IMG/VR virus record: IMGVR_UViG_3300027759_000001
Length of the DNA stretch: 64,000 nt
Direction: 5' to 3' (one strand)
From: a virus
Lineage: Duplodnaviria > Caudoviricetes
Both the position numbers and the translations under genes were made by a program. Numbering within the stretch: position 1 is the first letter of the stretch; each line of letters starts with the position of its first letter. Below are positions 37,539 to 45,920 of the stretch, piece after piece. A model generated the notes under the pieces. That model ran no database searches, was not told the DNA's origin, and saw only the letters and a program-made list of their open reading frames with translations.

Positions 37539-37571
37539 TTTGGATTAATCAGATTTTTATTCCTATCTTTG
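37539..37571 (+). promoter_or_regulatory. Bacteroidota sigma-A type promoter
   Basis: TTTG, 21-nt spacer, TATCTTTG; ATG 4 nt downstream; divergent CAAATATA at 37488-37495. Confidence 0.7.
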
Positions 37572-37575
37572 TGGT

Positions 37576-38097
37576 ATGAGAATTGATAACTTTTTAAAAA
37601 ACCTTACTATTGAAGAACTACTTGAAGTACGATCTAAATCTTCAGGTATAATCCGCAATTTCAAAGACGGATATTTCTATATCTGTGAGGTACGTTCCTA
37701 TGGACGTAATTGGAAAGAGTGGGACATTTATAACACCCATACTCTTCAGGAGTTGTGTTACCTGTATGGTGGTGACGATGGTATTGTTGATGTATATTCC
37801 AATAACCCCGACTTGTCTGGCATCGATAACTATGGGGTTCTTAAGTTTATTCCATCCGTGGAGGACCATAAGAAATGGAAGGACTATATGTACCTTAAGA
37901 ATTCTATTCCCCGACATGAGGAAGAACTTAAAGTATGGGATGACCGTGAAAATGTACCATTTAATTATAGACCGAGTTTCGCTCCGTTCTATACTCGTGA
38001 GGATATTGATGGGCAAAAATTAAAGTTGGAAAACTTTGATATGAATTTTGTTGAACCTAAATCTTATGTAAGTTATGATGAAGAAACGGATGAATAA
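37576..38097 (+). CDS. Hypothetical protein (no leader)
   Basis: 173 aa ORF behind a sigma-A type promoter. Confidence 0.7.
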   Translation: MRIDNFLKNLTIEELLEVRSKSSGIIRNFKDGYFYICEVRSYGRNWKEWDIYNTHTLQELCYLYGGDDGIVDVYSNNPDLSGIDNYGVLKFIPSVEDHKKWKDYMYLKNSIPRHEEELKVWDDRENVPFNYRPSFAPFYTREDIDGQKLKLENFDMNFVEPKSYVSYDEETDE

Positions 38098-38251
38098 ACT
38101 TGGGATATTTTTTGCAGGAATTGTTACCTGTGTGTTAGCGATAAGTTTTACGCCAGAGTTTCTTATGTATCTTATTGGGTGTTTTCAGATTGGGTCTTGG
38201 ATTGGAAATATTATGGAAAAATTAATTAAGAAGGAAGATGATGAAGGTTAG
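38090..38251 (+). CDS. Small membrane protein
   Basis: Manual translation MNKLGIFFAGIVTCVLAISF...; overlaps both neighbours. Confidence 0.5.
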   Translation: MNKLGIFFAGIVTCVLAISFTPEFLMYLIGCFQIGSWIGNIMEKLIKKEDDEG

Positions 38252-38705
38252 ACTTAGTGAATCACAGATAACAAAGATTAATTTAACTTTGGATATATTT
38301 AAATGTCAGATTGAGTTATATAATTCAATTAAGACTGATCCAAATAAATTGGATGCATTTTTCTCACTGAATAGAAATCCTTTATTTGATTTAACGGGTA
38401 TCTCCTACTTCAGAACGGGATTAGAATCGGATGGTGTAATCGCAGGTGGAAAACCTGTACACGATCACTTCATACAACGTAAACAAGCAATGAAAATATT
38501 GTTTGATAAGTTGTCCAAAAATAAAGACATGACCTTGGATGAGTTTATTGTTTTCTTGGTTGAGTACGGATCAACCGTTGCAATCACGAAGGAAGAACAT
38601 CAGGTGGTAACCACAAGAGCAAAGAACACAACCAAACTTAACTACGAGTTGTACGAACAATGTGGAATAGTCATTGAAGGTCTTAATAAAATGATCCCCT
38701 TATAA
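38238..38705 (+). CDS. Hypothetical protein
   Basis: 155 aa ORF. Confidence 0.65.
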   Translation: MMKVRLSESQITKINLTLDIFKCQIELYNSIKTDPNKLDAFFSLNRNPLFDLTGISYFRTGLESDGVIAGGKPVHDHFIQRKQAMKILFDKLSKNKDMTLDEFIVFLVEYGSTVAITKEEHQVVTTRAKNTTKLNYELYEQCGIVIEGLNKMIPL

Positions 38706-38741
38706 TAAGGGGATTTTTTGTTTTATGGGATATTTATTGAT

Positions 38742-38972
38742 ATGAAAAAAATTGTAAGACTTACTGAAATACAATTAACTAATCTTATAAATAAAATTGT
38801 TAATGAACATTCTGATGATAATGTATCACGGTTTGATTCAGAAATAAATGTTGAGGATTGGGTTGAGATTTCTGAAAAATGGTCTCAAAAATATAAAAAA
38901 TCAATTGATTGTAATAACCCTAAAGGTTTTTCTCAAAGAGCGTATTGTCAGGGAAGAAAAAAAAGAAAATAA
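38742..38972 (+). CDS. RLTE leader + basic Cys motif peptide (start revised)
   Basis: MKKIVRLTE...VNE...KWSQKYKKSIDCNNPKGFSQRAYCQGRKKRK. Confidence 0.75.
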   Translation: MKKIVRLTEIQLTNLINKIVNEHSDDNVSRFDSEINVEDWVEISEKWSQKYKKSIDCNNPKGFSQRAYCQGRKKRK

Positions 38973-38973
38973 T

Positions 38974-39381
38974 ATGAGAAAATACTCAAACGAAATTATT
39001 GATAAAATTGAACTTATAAAAGAAATTATAGTATCAAGATCAATATTGAGAAACATTAGAGATGACATCAAATGGGAATTAGAAATTGAATCTGATAGAA
39101 TTGATGGTAAAATCTATGAGATTACTTTATACCTTAAAGTTATTGACCAAGATTGTAGTGAGTGTCATTTTGAACCCGATGGAATATTAGAGGAAATTCA
39201 TAAGTACCAAAAAAGTATTTATAATTCTATTAGTAAAATAACTTTTGACCAAAATTTAAATATAGTAAAAGGTAGTGGTTCACTTAGGGGTATTACAGTT
39301 AGTGAAGTTAATTTTGCGCTAGATACAATAACCATTGAATATGGGATTTATATTGATATAGAAAAAGAATATAATTGGTGA
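38974..39381 (+). CDS. Hypothetical protein (start revised)
   Basis: MRKYSNE... directly after previous stop. Confidence 0.65.
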   Translation: MRKYSNEIIDKIELIKEIIVSRSILRNIRDDIKWELEIESDRIDGKIYEITLYLKVIDQDCSECHFEPDGILEEIHKYQKSIYNSISKITFDQNLNIVKGSGSLRGITVSEVNFALDTITIEYGIYIDIEKEYNW

Positions 39382-39382
39382 A

Positions 39383-39688
39383 ATGAAAATAATAATAACA
39401 GAAGACCAAGATAATCAAATTCGTTCATTTGTACGACGACTTAGTATTGCGGATAAAATTATTTCCGAGTTGGATCCTAAAGACATTTGTAGAATATGGT
39501 CAAACACAGAAAAAGACTCGTTATATTTTGCCGATGACGTTATGTTGGGAATTGTATGGGAAATTAATCTAACACTTGGGATTAAAGATTCATATAAAAA
39601 TAAAGATCTGTATAAATTTTTTGAGGATTATGGTTATTACGATAAACTAAAAAACTTTTTTCATAAATCATTTGAGTCATGCGAATAA
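39383..39688 (+). CDS. MKIIITE leader + RR-domain
   Basis: MKIIITEDQ...FVRRL...PKDIC. Confidence 0.8.
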   Translation: MKIIITEDQDNQIRSFVRRLSIADKIISELDPKDICRIWSNTEKDSLYFADDVMLGIVWEINLTLGIKDSYKNKDLYKFFEDYGYYDKLKNFFHKSFESCE

Positions 39689-40026
39689 TCATAACTGAAT
39701 CTCAAAGTAAAATTCTATGGTTACGTAGGCGATTGAATGACCCTGAAATTAATGAATTATTAAAAGATATTGTTATTGAGGGTTTTGATTATACCGATCC
39801 TTGTAACTACGAAACTTATAATAGTTTTGAAACTAACATTGTAAATGAATCCGCAATAACATTTATTAATTCATATAGCGAACTTAGTGGTGAAGAACAA
39901 TTTATTTCAGATAACGAACTTGAGAAGTTTGTTGTTAAGGTAATTGTTAGTAAACATCGTCCCCTAATTGAACGAGAATATAGGGATCGTTATTGTGATG
40001 AAGATGATGATGAATCGGATTATTAA
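39679..40026 (+). CDS. MKIIITE-type leader + RR-domain
   Basis: MRIIITESQSKILWLRRRL...DPCNY. Confidence 0.8.
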   Translation: MRIIITESQSKILWLRRRLNDPEINELLKDIVIEGFDYTDPCNYETYNSFETNIVNESAITFINSYSELSGEEQFISDNELEKFVVKVIVSKHRPLIEREYRDRYCDEDDDESDY

Positions 40027-40039
40027 CTATTTATAAAAT

Positions 40040-40369
40040 ATGAAAATCATTATCACCGAAAACCAAAACTATGTTCTTAGACGATTACAACAATTTATTG
40101 AAATTGTTGAGGATCATATTGAAGGGTATGAACTAAATGAAGATGGGTCATGGTGGTGCCGTCATTTTAATGCGGATACTTTTTTTGAAAATCTAATGAA
40201 TAATTCAATTGAAGAATTTGAAAGTAATAATTGGAATTTCTTCCACGATACTTCCGAAAAAGGTGGTTCGGATATGGACATCAGTATATTAAATAAAATT
40301 ATTGAACAAAACTACGGTAATTATATTAGAAATCTTTTTGTTCGTAAGTGTAATAAATCTCGTTGGTAA
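40040..40369 (+). CDS. MKIIITE leader + RR-domain
   Basis: MKIIITENQNYVLRRL. Confidence 0.8.
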   Translation: MKIIITENQNYVLRRLQQFIEIVEDHIEGYELNEDGSWWCRHFNADTFFENLMNNSIEEFESNNWNFFHDTSEKGGSDMDISILNKIIEQNYGNYIRNLFVRKCNKSRW

Positions 40370-40382
40370 TATATTTATTAAC

Positions 40383-40568
40383 ATGAGAAGATTAAACGAA
40401 AATGATATGAGCACACTTATTAAAAAGGTGGTTGCCAAGTTAAAGGGGGTCTCTGACGACCAGATCAAATATAATATGAAACATGACCTACCTTGGGATT
40501 GGAATGGATCTAAGGAAGGTTTCTACGAAAAGATGGAACCTAAACGTAAAAATTCCGGATCTAATTAA
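40383..40568 (+). CDS. RLNE-leader small protein (start revised)
   Basis: MRRLNENDMSTLIKKVV; TATTTAT 4 nt upstream. Confidence 0.7.
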   Translation: MRRLNENDMSTLIKKVVAKLKGVSDDQIKYNMKHDLPWDWNGSKEGFYEKMEPKRKNSGSN

Positions 40569-40580
40569 TATTTATAACGT

Positions 40581-41264
40581 ATGAAAAAAATTGTAAAACT
40601 TACGGAATCTGAATTAAAAAAAGTTCTCAAAAAAATCATAAATGAAAGTTTACTACTTGAGTCATCTGCTGATTCATTAAATAGAGGTCAATTAGAATCA
40701 ACTTATCGTAAATATAATGATTTGGGTTCAGATGGGACTTTTAATGAAATCTTTAAAAATGAAAGAGAACAAGGATTAACACCATTTACTGAATTTGTCA
40801 ATGGATGTGCAACTAAGGTATCATTAGCAATTAACTCCGCAGGTGGAACTCTTAAACCGAGTTTTATCGTTACCAATGGACCATTTAAAGGTAAAAATGT
40901 TAACACATCCGCAACCGGTCTTAAAAATGAATTATTGAAAAAATGGGGAACTCCTGACGTTAAAATTGATAAGGTAACAAGTTTAGAGGAAGTACAACAG
41001 AAAATTGGACCAGGAAGAAGTGGTGTTTTTATATGTACCCCATGTGGTTTTGGGAGTGGAGCTAGTGGTCATGCAACAATATGGAGTTGGTGGAAGAATG
41101 GTAAAAAAGGTGGTCCGTTAGACGATAGTAGTTATCCTGAAGAAAATGGTGGTACAATATATTTTTGGGGAGTTGGTGGAACAAATGAGGAAGTAGCAAC
41201 AAAGTGTGGATATAATTCTTGGAGTGAATACGAAAAGGCAAATTTTAAATGTAAAACAAATTAA
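40581..41264 (+). CDS. Leader + Tae4-like (NlpC/P60 superfamily) peptidoglycan amidase
   Basis: NGCATKVSLAIN, WGTPD, SGVFI...ASGHATIW, GTIYFW match Tae4 Cys/His motifs. Confidence 0.75.
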   Translation: MKKIVKLTESELKKVLKKIINESLLLESSADSLNRGQLESTYRKYNDLGSDGTFNEIFKNEREQGLTPFTEFVNGCATKVSLAINSAGGTLKPSFIVTNGPFKGKNVNTSATGLKNELLKKWGTPDVKIDKVTSLEEVQQKIGPGRSGVFICTPCGFGSGASGHATIWSWWKNGKKGGPLDDSSYPEENGGTIYFWGVGGTNEEVATKCGYNSWSEYEKANFKCKTN

Positions 41265-41266
41265 AA

Positions 41267-41698
41267 ATGAAAAAAATTGTAAGACTTACAGAAAAAGACA
41301 TTAATATGTTAGTAAAAAAAATAATCAGAGAATCAGATCCTGGTGATGGGAAAAGGGATGATTTTTCAGAATATGAAGGAAGAACCGATATCTATGCCGA
41401 TAACGCAGGGGTTGAAAACAAAGAGGATCCTGAACAAAACCTAACAGAAAGAAATTTAACAAGACTTGTTAAACGTGTAATGAATGAAGACAAAGACAAT
41501 AAAAAAATGGATCTTAAAAGTGATCTTAGAAACATAATTAATGATGAGTATTCTGAAATTGAACCTTCCGATCTTGTTGAAGTTTTGGAAGAACTGTTAC
41601 ATTATGCCAAAAATGATGTTTTTAGAAGTAAAAAACCAAATAAAGGATATATCACTAAAGATGAGGTGAAAAAAAACTTTAAAAAAAACTATAATTAA
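41267..41698 (+). CDS. RLTE-leader protein with a second internal leader copy
   Basis: MKKIVRLTEKD...IRE and internal LTERNLTRLVKRVMNE. Confidence 0.8.
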   Translation: MKKIVRLTEKDINMLVKKIIRESDPGDGKRDDFSEYEGRTDIYADNAGVENKEDPEQNLTERNLTRLVKRVMNEDKDNKKMDLKSDLRNIINDEYSEIEPSDLVEVLEELLHYAKNDVFRSKKPNKGYITKDEVKKNFKKNYN

Positions 41699-41718
41699 TA
41701 TTTAAAAATAATAATACG

Positions 41719-41744
41719 ACCCCACCTCATTAGTGGGGTTTTTT
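41719..41744 (+). terminator. Repeated terminator, variant copy
   Basis: ACCCCACCTCATTAGTGGGGTTTTTT. Confidence 0.8.
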
Positions 41745-41767
41745 GTTTTATATGGTATTTATAATAT

Positions 41768-42076
41768 ATGAAAATCATAATAACAGAAAATCAAAATAAA
41801 TTAACAAGACGATACTTCCAAATAAAAAATGAGGTTCATAATCGTATGGATGGATCCAATCCTTGTTATTATAGGGATTACCATGATTTTGATAGGTACA
41901 AAAGAGATGTTTTAAAGGCGGCAATTGATGAGGTTACAGATGAGTCAGATCTGGAAATCGACCCAAGATCATGGATAAATTTTAGAAATGAACTTTCTTA
42001 TATGTTAAATGATGAAATGAAGGAGTTTTACGATAATGAGATTAACAAAAGGTGTCCAGAATATTTTGGAGAGTAA
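41768..42076 (+). CDS. MKIIITE leader + RR-domain
   Basis: MKIIITENQNKLTRRY...NPCYY. Confidence 0.8.
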   Translation: MKIIITENQNKLTRRYFQIKNEVHNRMDGSNPCYYRDYHDFDRYKRDVLKAAIDEVTDESDLEIDPRSWINFRNELSYMLNDEMKEFYDNEINKRCPEYFGE

Positions 42077-42078
42077 AT

Positions 42079-42390
42079 ATGGTAATAATTCTAACAGAAT
42101 CACAGTATAATTACATAAAAAGGAGGTATCTACACATACTTCCAATCTTTGAACGAGAACTTGAAGATCAGGTTCCAGCATGGTATAACAATAAATTTGG
42201 AAAAAACGAAGGGTTTGAACGTTATTACGACACCGTAAAAGATTCGGTTGTAGAATTTATTATGTACGATATCCCAAATTTTTATGATCTTGATGAGGAA
42301 AATGAGGTTGAAATCAGTAAAAAACTATCAAAAGAGTTTGATTTAATCTTTTTTGATGAGACTAAAAGATATTATGAAGAAAACAGGTAA
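42079..42390 (+). CDS. IILTE leader + RR-domain (start revised)
   Basis: MVIILTESQYNYIKRRY. Confidence 0.75.
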   Translation: MVIILTESQYNYIKRRYLHILPIFERELEDQVPAWYNNKFGKNEGFERYYDTVKDSVVEFIMYDIPNFYDLDEENEVEISKKLSKEFDLIFFDETKRYYEENR

Positions 42391-42462
42391 AATACAGGAG
42401 TAATGATTGTCCTCGTTCAAAAGACGGGGGTAATTTTTGTCCTTATGTTATATTTATCTTAT

Positions 42463-42714
42463 ATGAAGATTGTTATAACAGAATCTCAACATAAATTTAT
42501 TAGAAGATACCAAGAACTCAAAGATTGGGTTAGGTCTGACTATAACTATTTATTGGATCAGGGTAAATCACCATATGATGCAAGAGAGATTACAATAGAT
42601 CATTCTGCAATGACGTACTTGGATGACCCTGACACACAACTTGAGTGGACAGATAAAAATTTGAATATGTTAAGACGATTCATTGAGAATAATTTTGAGG
42701 ATTTAATTAGTTAA
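42463..42714 (+). CDS. MKIVITE leader + RR-domain (start revised)
   Basis: MKIVITESQHKFIRRY; TATTTAT 5 nt upstream. Confidence 0.8.
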   Translation: MKIVITESQHKFIRRYQELKDWVRSDYNYLLDQGKSPYDAREITIDHSAMTYLDDPDTQLEWTDKNLNMLRRFIENNFEDLIS

Positions 42715-42715
42715 T

Positions 42716-43000
42716 ATGAAAATAATAATAACAGAAAACCAAAAAGAAAAGTTAATGATCATAAGGAGAATACCTGAGATTAAAAGTTTAATACAAAACT
42801 TATACTCTTATCAGTATCCTTGTGACTTTGATTCATTGGGCGAATTTATGAGAGCAATTGATGTTGATTTGGCTGAGTCTATTTATCTTCTTGATTGGCA
42901 CGAATCTGTTGAATATGAAACCCTATGGGATATGTCTATGGAGTTTTTTCATAGTGACATAGTAGAACACTATAACCATAACTGCAAAGAAGAATATTAA
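42716..43000 (+). CDS. MKIIITE leader + RR-domain
   Basis: MKIIITENQ...IIRRI...YPCDF. Confidence 0.8.
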   Translation: MKIIITENQKEKLMIIRRIPEIKSLIQNLYSYQYPCDFDSLGEFMRAIDVDLAESIYLLDWHESVEYETLWDMSMEFFHSDIVEHYNHNCKEEY

Positions 43001-43001
43001 T

Positions 43002-43352
43002 ATGAAAATAATAATAACAGAAACACAGAACAAAACTCTTCTTAAAAGATTAAGAAGGATACAGGAAGTTAGAGATACTATAGAGTTTCAAATGGAAGTT
43101 CAAGACCCTTGTAATTTTGAAGATGGTGATGAGTATGCCGATTTTTGTATTGGTGAAGGGATTAGTTTCTTTTATGGTGATGAAAACTATGAGAGAGAGG
43201 ATGATACCTTTGCCGATGAGGATGAGAATGAAGATAGTGGTAGAGAAGAGATTGAAAAATTAATGTCTGAGGAGTACTACGGTGAGTTAGTTTCATTGTG
43301 GGAAGAATATAGTGAAAATTGTGACGATGATGATGACGATTTTGAATATTAA
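43002..43352 (+). CDS. MKIIITE leader + RR-domain
   Basis: MKIIITETQ...LRRI...DPCNF. Confidence 0.8.
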   Translation: MKIIITETQNKTLLKRLRRIQEVRDTIEFQMEVQDPCNFEDGDEYADFCIGEGISFFYGDENYEREDDTFADEDENEDSGREEIEKLMSEEYYGELVSLWEEYSENCDDDDDDFEY

Positions 43353-43362
43353 ATAAGTTAAG

Positions 43363-43998
43363 ATGAAAATAATATTAACTGAAAACCAAATTGAGTTTAT
43401 ACGTAGGTATAAAAAAATCAAAGATCTTGTTGATGAAGGAATTGATGTGTTAAGTCAAGAAACAGATATATGTGATTATGATTTTTTTGGGTTTTTAAAT
43501 GAAATTTGTTGGCAAGTAAGTGATAAAATGGAACATTTAAATTTACCTACCAATACTGTTGGAATGATTGAAAACGTTCACAAGTGGGTTAAGGATAATT
43601 TTGATACTTACATATTAGAAAAATTTGAAATAATCATGTACGACTCTAATTGTAATGAAAGATTTGATGATGTGGATGACGAAGAATATAACCTACAGGA
43701 GTCAGATGACGATGACGATGATAAATATTATTCTACATTAAATAGTTCACTTATTAGGAGACATAATGTTATTATGGAAGAGATGGATCATCATATAACA
43801 AATAATATTTCTTGTGATGAATATCCGGACGACGTTGATGAATTTAAAGATTATATACTTGAAAAAGTCACAGATGAAATGATGTTTAACCATAATGTAA
43901 ATAAGTGGGAATGGCATGATGTCTATTTATCATTAGAGAATATAATTGGTAAACAGATAAAAAAGACTTTTAAATCTTGGATTAGAAAACATTGTTAA
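43363..43998 (+). CDS. MKIILTE leader + two RR-domains joined by YNLQES linker
   Basis: FIRRY...ICDY; LIRRH...SCDEY. Confidence 0.8.
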   Translation: MKIILTENQIEFIRRYKKIKDLVDEGIDVLSQETDICDYDFFGFLNEICWQVSDKMEHLNLPTNTVGMIENVHKWVKDNFDTYILEKFEIIMYDSNCNERFDDVDDEEYNLQESDDDDDDKYYSTLNSSLIRRHNVIMEEMDHHITNNISCDEYPDDVDEFKDYILEKVTDEMMFNHNVNKWEWHDVYLSLENIIGKQIKKTFKSWIRKHC

Positions 43999-43999
43999 G

Positions 44000-44908
44000 A
44001 TGAAAGTAATAATAACAGAAAATCAAAATCGCCTATTACGCAGAGTTCCAGAAATTGAACATTTAATTGGTCCTATGATGGATTTAGTGTATGAATATAT
44101 GAAAAATGGTAATCCGTCCCCACTTAATATGTCCTACTACGATACGTTTATAGATTTTACTACATTAAACATTACAAAAGAAATAGTAAATCGTACAAAT
44201 TTTCGGGGGGATGACAAAATAGAATTAGAAACACAAATACAACGGTTTATAGAAACCGAATATATGGATATTATTAGAGAATATTTTTATTCTCGTATGG
44301 TTAAAAATATTAATGAATCTGATCACGAAATAAAATTTAAACGAAGATACCAAGAAATTGAGGATGGTATTTCGGATTTTATCTTAACCCATACGTTAAC
44401 TGTTATGGACACCTTTGGTAATTTTTTAACTGAAATTTGTTGGAATGTTGCAAGTCAGGTTGTTGGTAAAATGAATATACCTGAAGATGATTATGTTATG
44501 TATAGAAATCAATTGATACGTTTCATTAAAAATAATTTCTACGAGGAATTAAAAGAGTTTTGGGATAGAAATTATTATTGGAGGGACAATAAAAACATCA
44601 ATGAATCTTATGATAAAAGAATGTTACAAAGACGATACCAATACATTAGTGAGTTTATTGATAGAGCTCTTTCACGTTATGATGTTTGTTTATATACTGA
44701 TGTAATTGATTTTGTGGATCGTGTGTTGGATTACACCGCTGATAATTTATATGAATCCTTATTTAAATTAGAATGGGACGACAATCATAATGAATATTAT
44801 CAAGATATATATGATTTGATTTCTGAAAACTTTGTAGATAGAATCCATGAATTCTATGAGGACAATAAACATTTTTGTATAGATGAGGACGGTAATTGGA
44901 TTCATTAG
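44000..44908 (+). CDS. MKVIITE leader + three RR-domains joined by KNINES linkers
   Basis: LLRRV; KNINES..FKRRY; KNINES..LQRRY. Confidence 0.8.
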   Translation: MKVIITENQNRLLRRVPEIEHLIGPMMDLVYEYMKNGNPSPLNMSYYDTFIDFTTLNITKEIVNRTNFRGDDKIELETQIQRFIETEYMDIIREYFYSRMVKNINESDHEIKFKRRYQEIEDGISDFILTHTLTVMDTFGNFLTEICWNVASQVVGKMNIPEDDYVMYRNQLIRFIKNNFYEELKEFWDRNYYWRDNKNINESYDKRMLQRRYQYISEFIDRALSRYDVCLYTDVIDFVDRVLDYTADNLYESLFKLEWDDNHNEYYQDIYDLISENFVDRIHEFYEDNKHFCIDEDGNWIH

Positions 44909-44929
44909 TATATTTATAATAAAAAAACT

Positions 44930-45046
44930 ATGTCAAAAGCGAAGGAAGAAGGTAAAGGTAAAAGAAATCGTAGAAATCTTGCAAAAAATTTAAAAAGGAT
45001 TAATAAAAACGAAGAAGTTATAAAAAGACTAAAAAATAAAAAATAA
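44930..45046 (+). CDS. Small very basic protein
   Basis: Manual translation MSKAKEEGKGKRNRRNLAKNLKRI...; TATTTAT upstream. Confidence 0.55.
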   Translation: MSKAKEEGKGKRNRRNLAKNLKRINKNEEVIKRLKNKK

Positions 45047-45052
45047 AAAATA

Positions 45053-45631
45053 ATGAAAAATCAAATAACCGAAGAATTAAATTTAATCAAATATCTTTTT
45101 GATTATAAAAAAGGAAGAGTAATATCCGAACAAAATAATGTATTACTAACCGAAGCCGATGGTAAGACTAAAGAAGAATATCCCACTTGCGTACAAAATT
45201 TAGGGGATATTGTTACTGGTGGTGGTGGAGTCTCTGCTATTACAGACAAGCAAGGTAATTCGTACTATAGTAACAATAAAGCAACCCTTCAACCTGGTGT
45301 CCCTGGTAACCTAGATATGCTTAATATTAAAAACGTTGATTATTTTTGCGCTGCGGATGGAACCGTTAAATTTGGTAAACCTGACGCAAAAGAACTTTTA
45401 TTGATTAATGCTAAAAAATGTGGATGGGGTGATGATGTAAAAGCATATGAGGCTTCAGGATGGAAATGTGATTCCAAAATGGATGTTGTATCAATTGTTA
45501 AAGACACTGCCGTTAATATTCAAAATAAACTTGTATCTTTAGGTAAAGATATTGGTCCAAAGGGAGTTGATGGTAAACTTGGAGTTAAATCAATGTTAGC
45601 AATTTGGGAAGTTCTTAAAACCGTTAAATAA
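45053..45631 (+). CDS. EEL..KYL leader protein with Cys modules and C-terminal peptidoglycan-binding-like domain
   Basis: EELNLIKYLFDYKKGRVISEQ; IQNKLVSLG...GVDGKLG. Confidence 0.7.
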   Translation: MKNQITEELNLIKYLFDYKKGRVISEQNNVLLTEADGKTKEEYPTCVQNLGDIVTGGGGVSAITDKQGNSYYSNNKATLQPGVPGNLDMLNIKNVDYFCAADGTVKFGKPDAKELLLINAKKCGWGDDVKAYEASGWKCDSKMDVVSIVKDTAVNIQNKLVSLGKDIGPKGVDGKLGVKSMLAIWEVLKTVK

Positions 45632-45697
45632 TAACTTAATCCCTCCACAAGAGGGATTTTTTATTTCCTTTTTAATAACAAATATTATAATTAAATT

Positions 45698-45877
45698 ATG
45701 AACGAAAATCAAAAAGCACAACAGTACGACAGATATATGTATGAGTACGACCAACTAAGTAATCAAGTATCCTCAATCAAAGGTGAGAATTTTGAACTTA
45801 ACGATAGTCAAAGACAACGTATTCATGAATTGGAAAATAAAATGAGATTCATTATGGAGTCAGCATCTAGATTGTAA
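45698..45877 (+). CDS. Small coiled-coil hypothetical protein
   Basis: Manual translation MNENQKAQQYDRYM..., 59 aa. Confidence 0.6.
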   Translation: MNENQKAQQYDRYMYEYDQLSNQVSSIKGENFELNDSQRQRIHELENKMRFIMESASRL

Positions 45878-45920
45878 ATATTTTCCGTAATTTCTTATAT
45901 TTATATATAAAACCATTTAT

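Noticed and set aside
35464-44908. Diversity-generating retroelement as the source of RR-domain variability
   Set aside because: No reverse transcriptase or near-identical template/variable repeat pair in the window; copies differ throughout, not only at adenines
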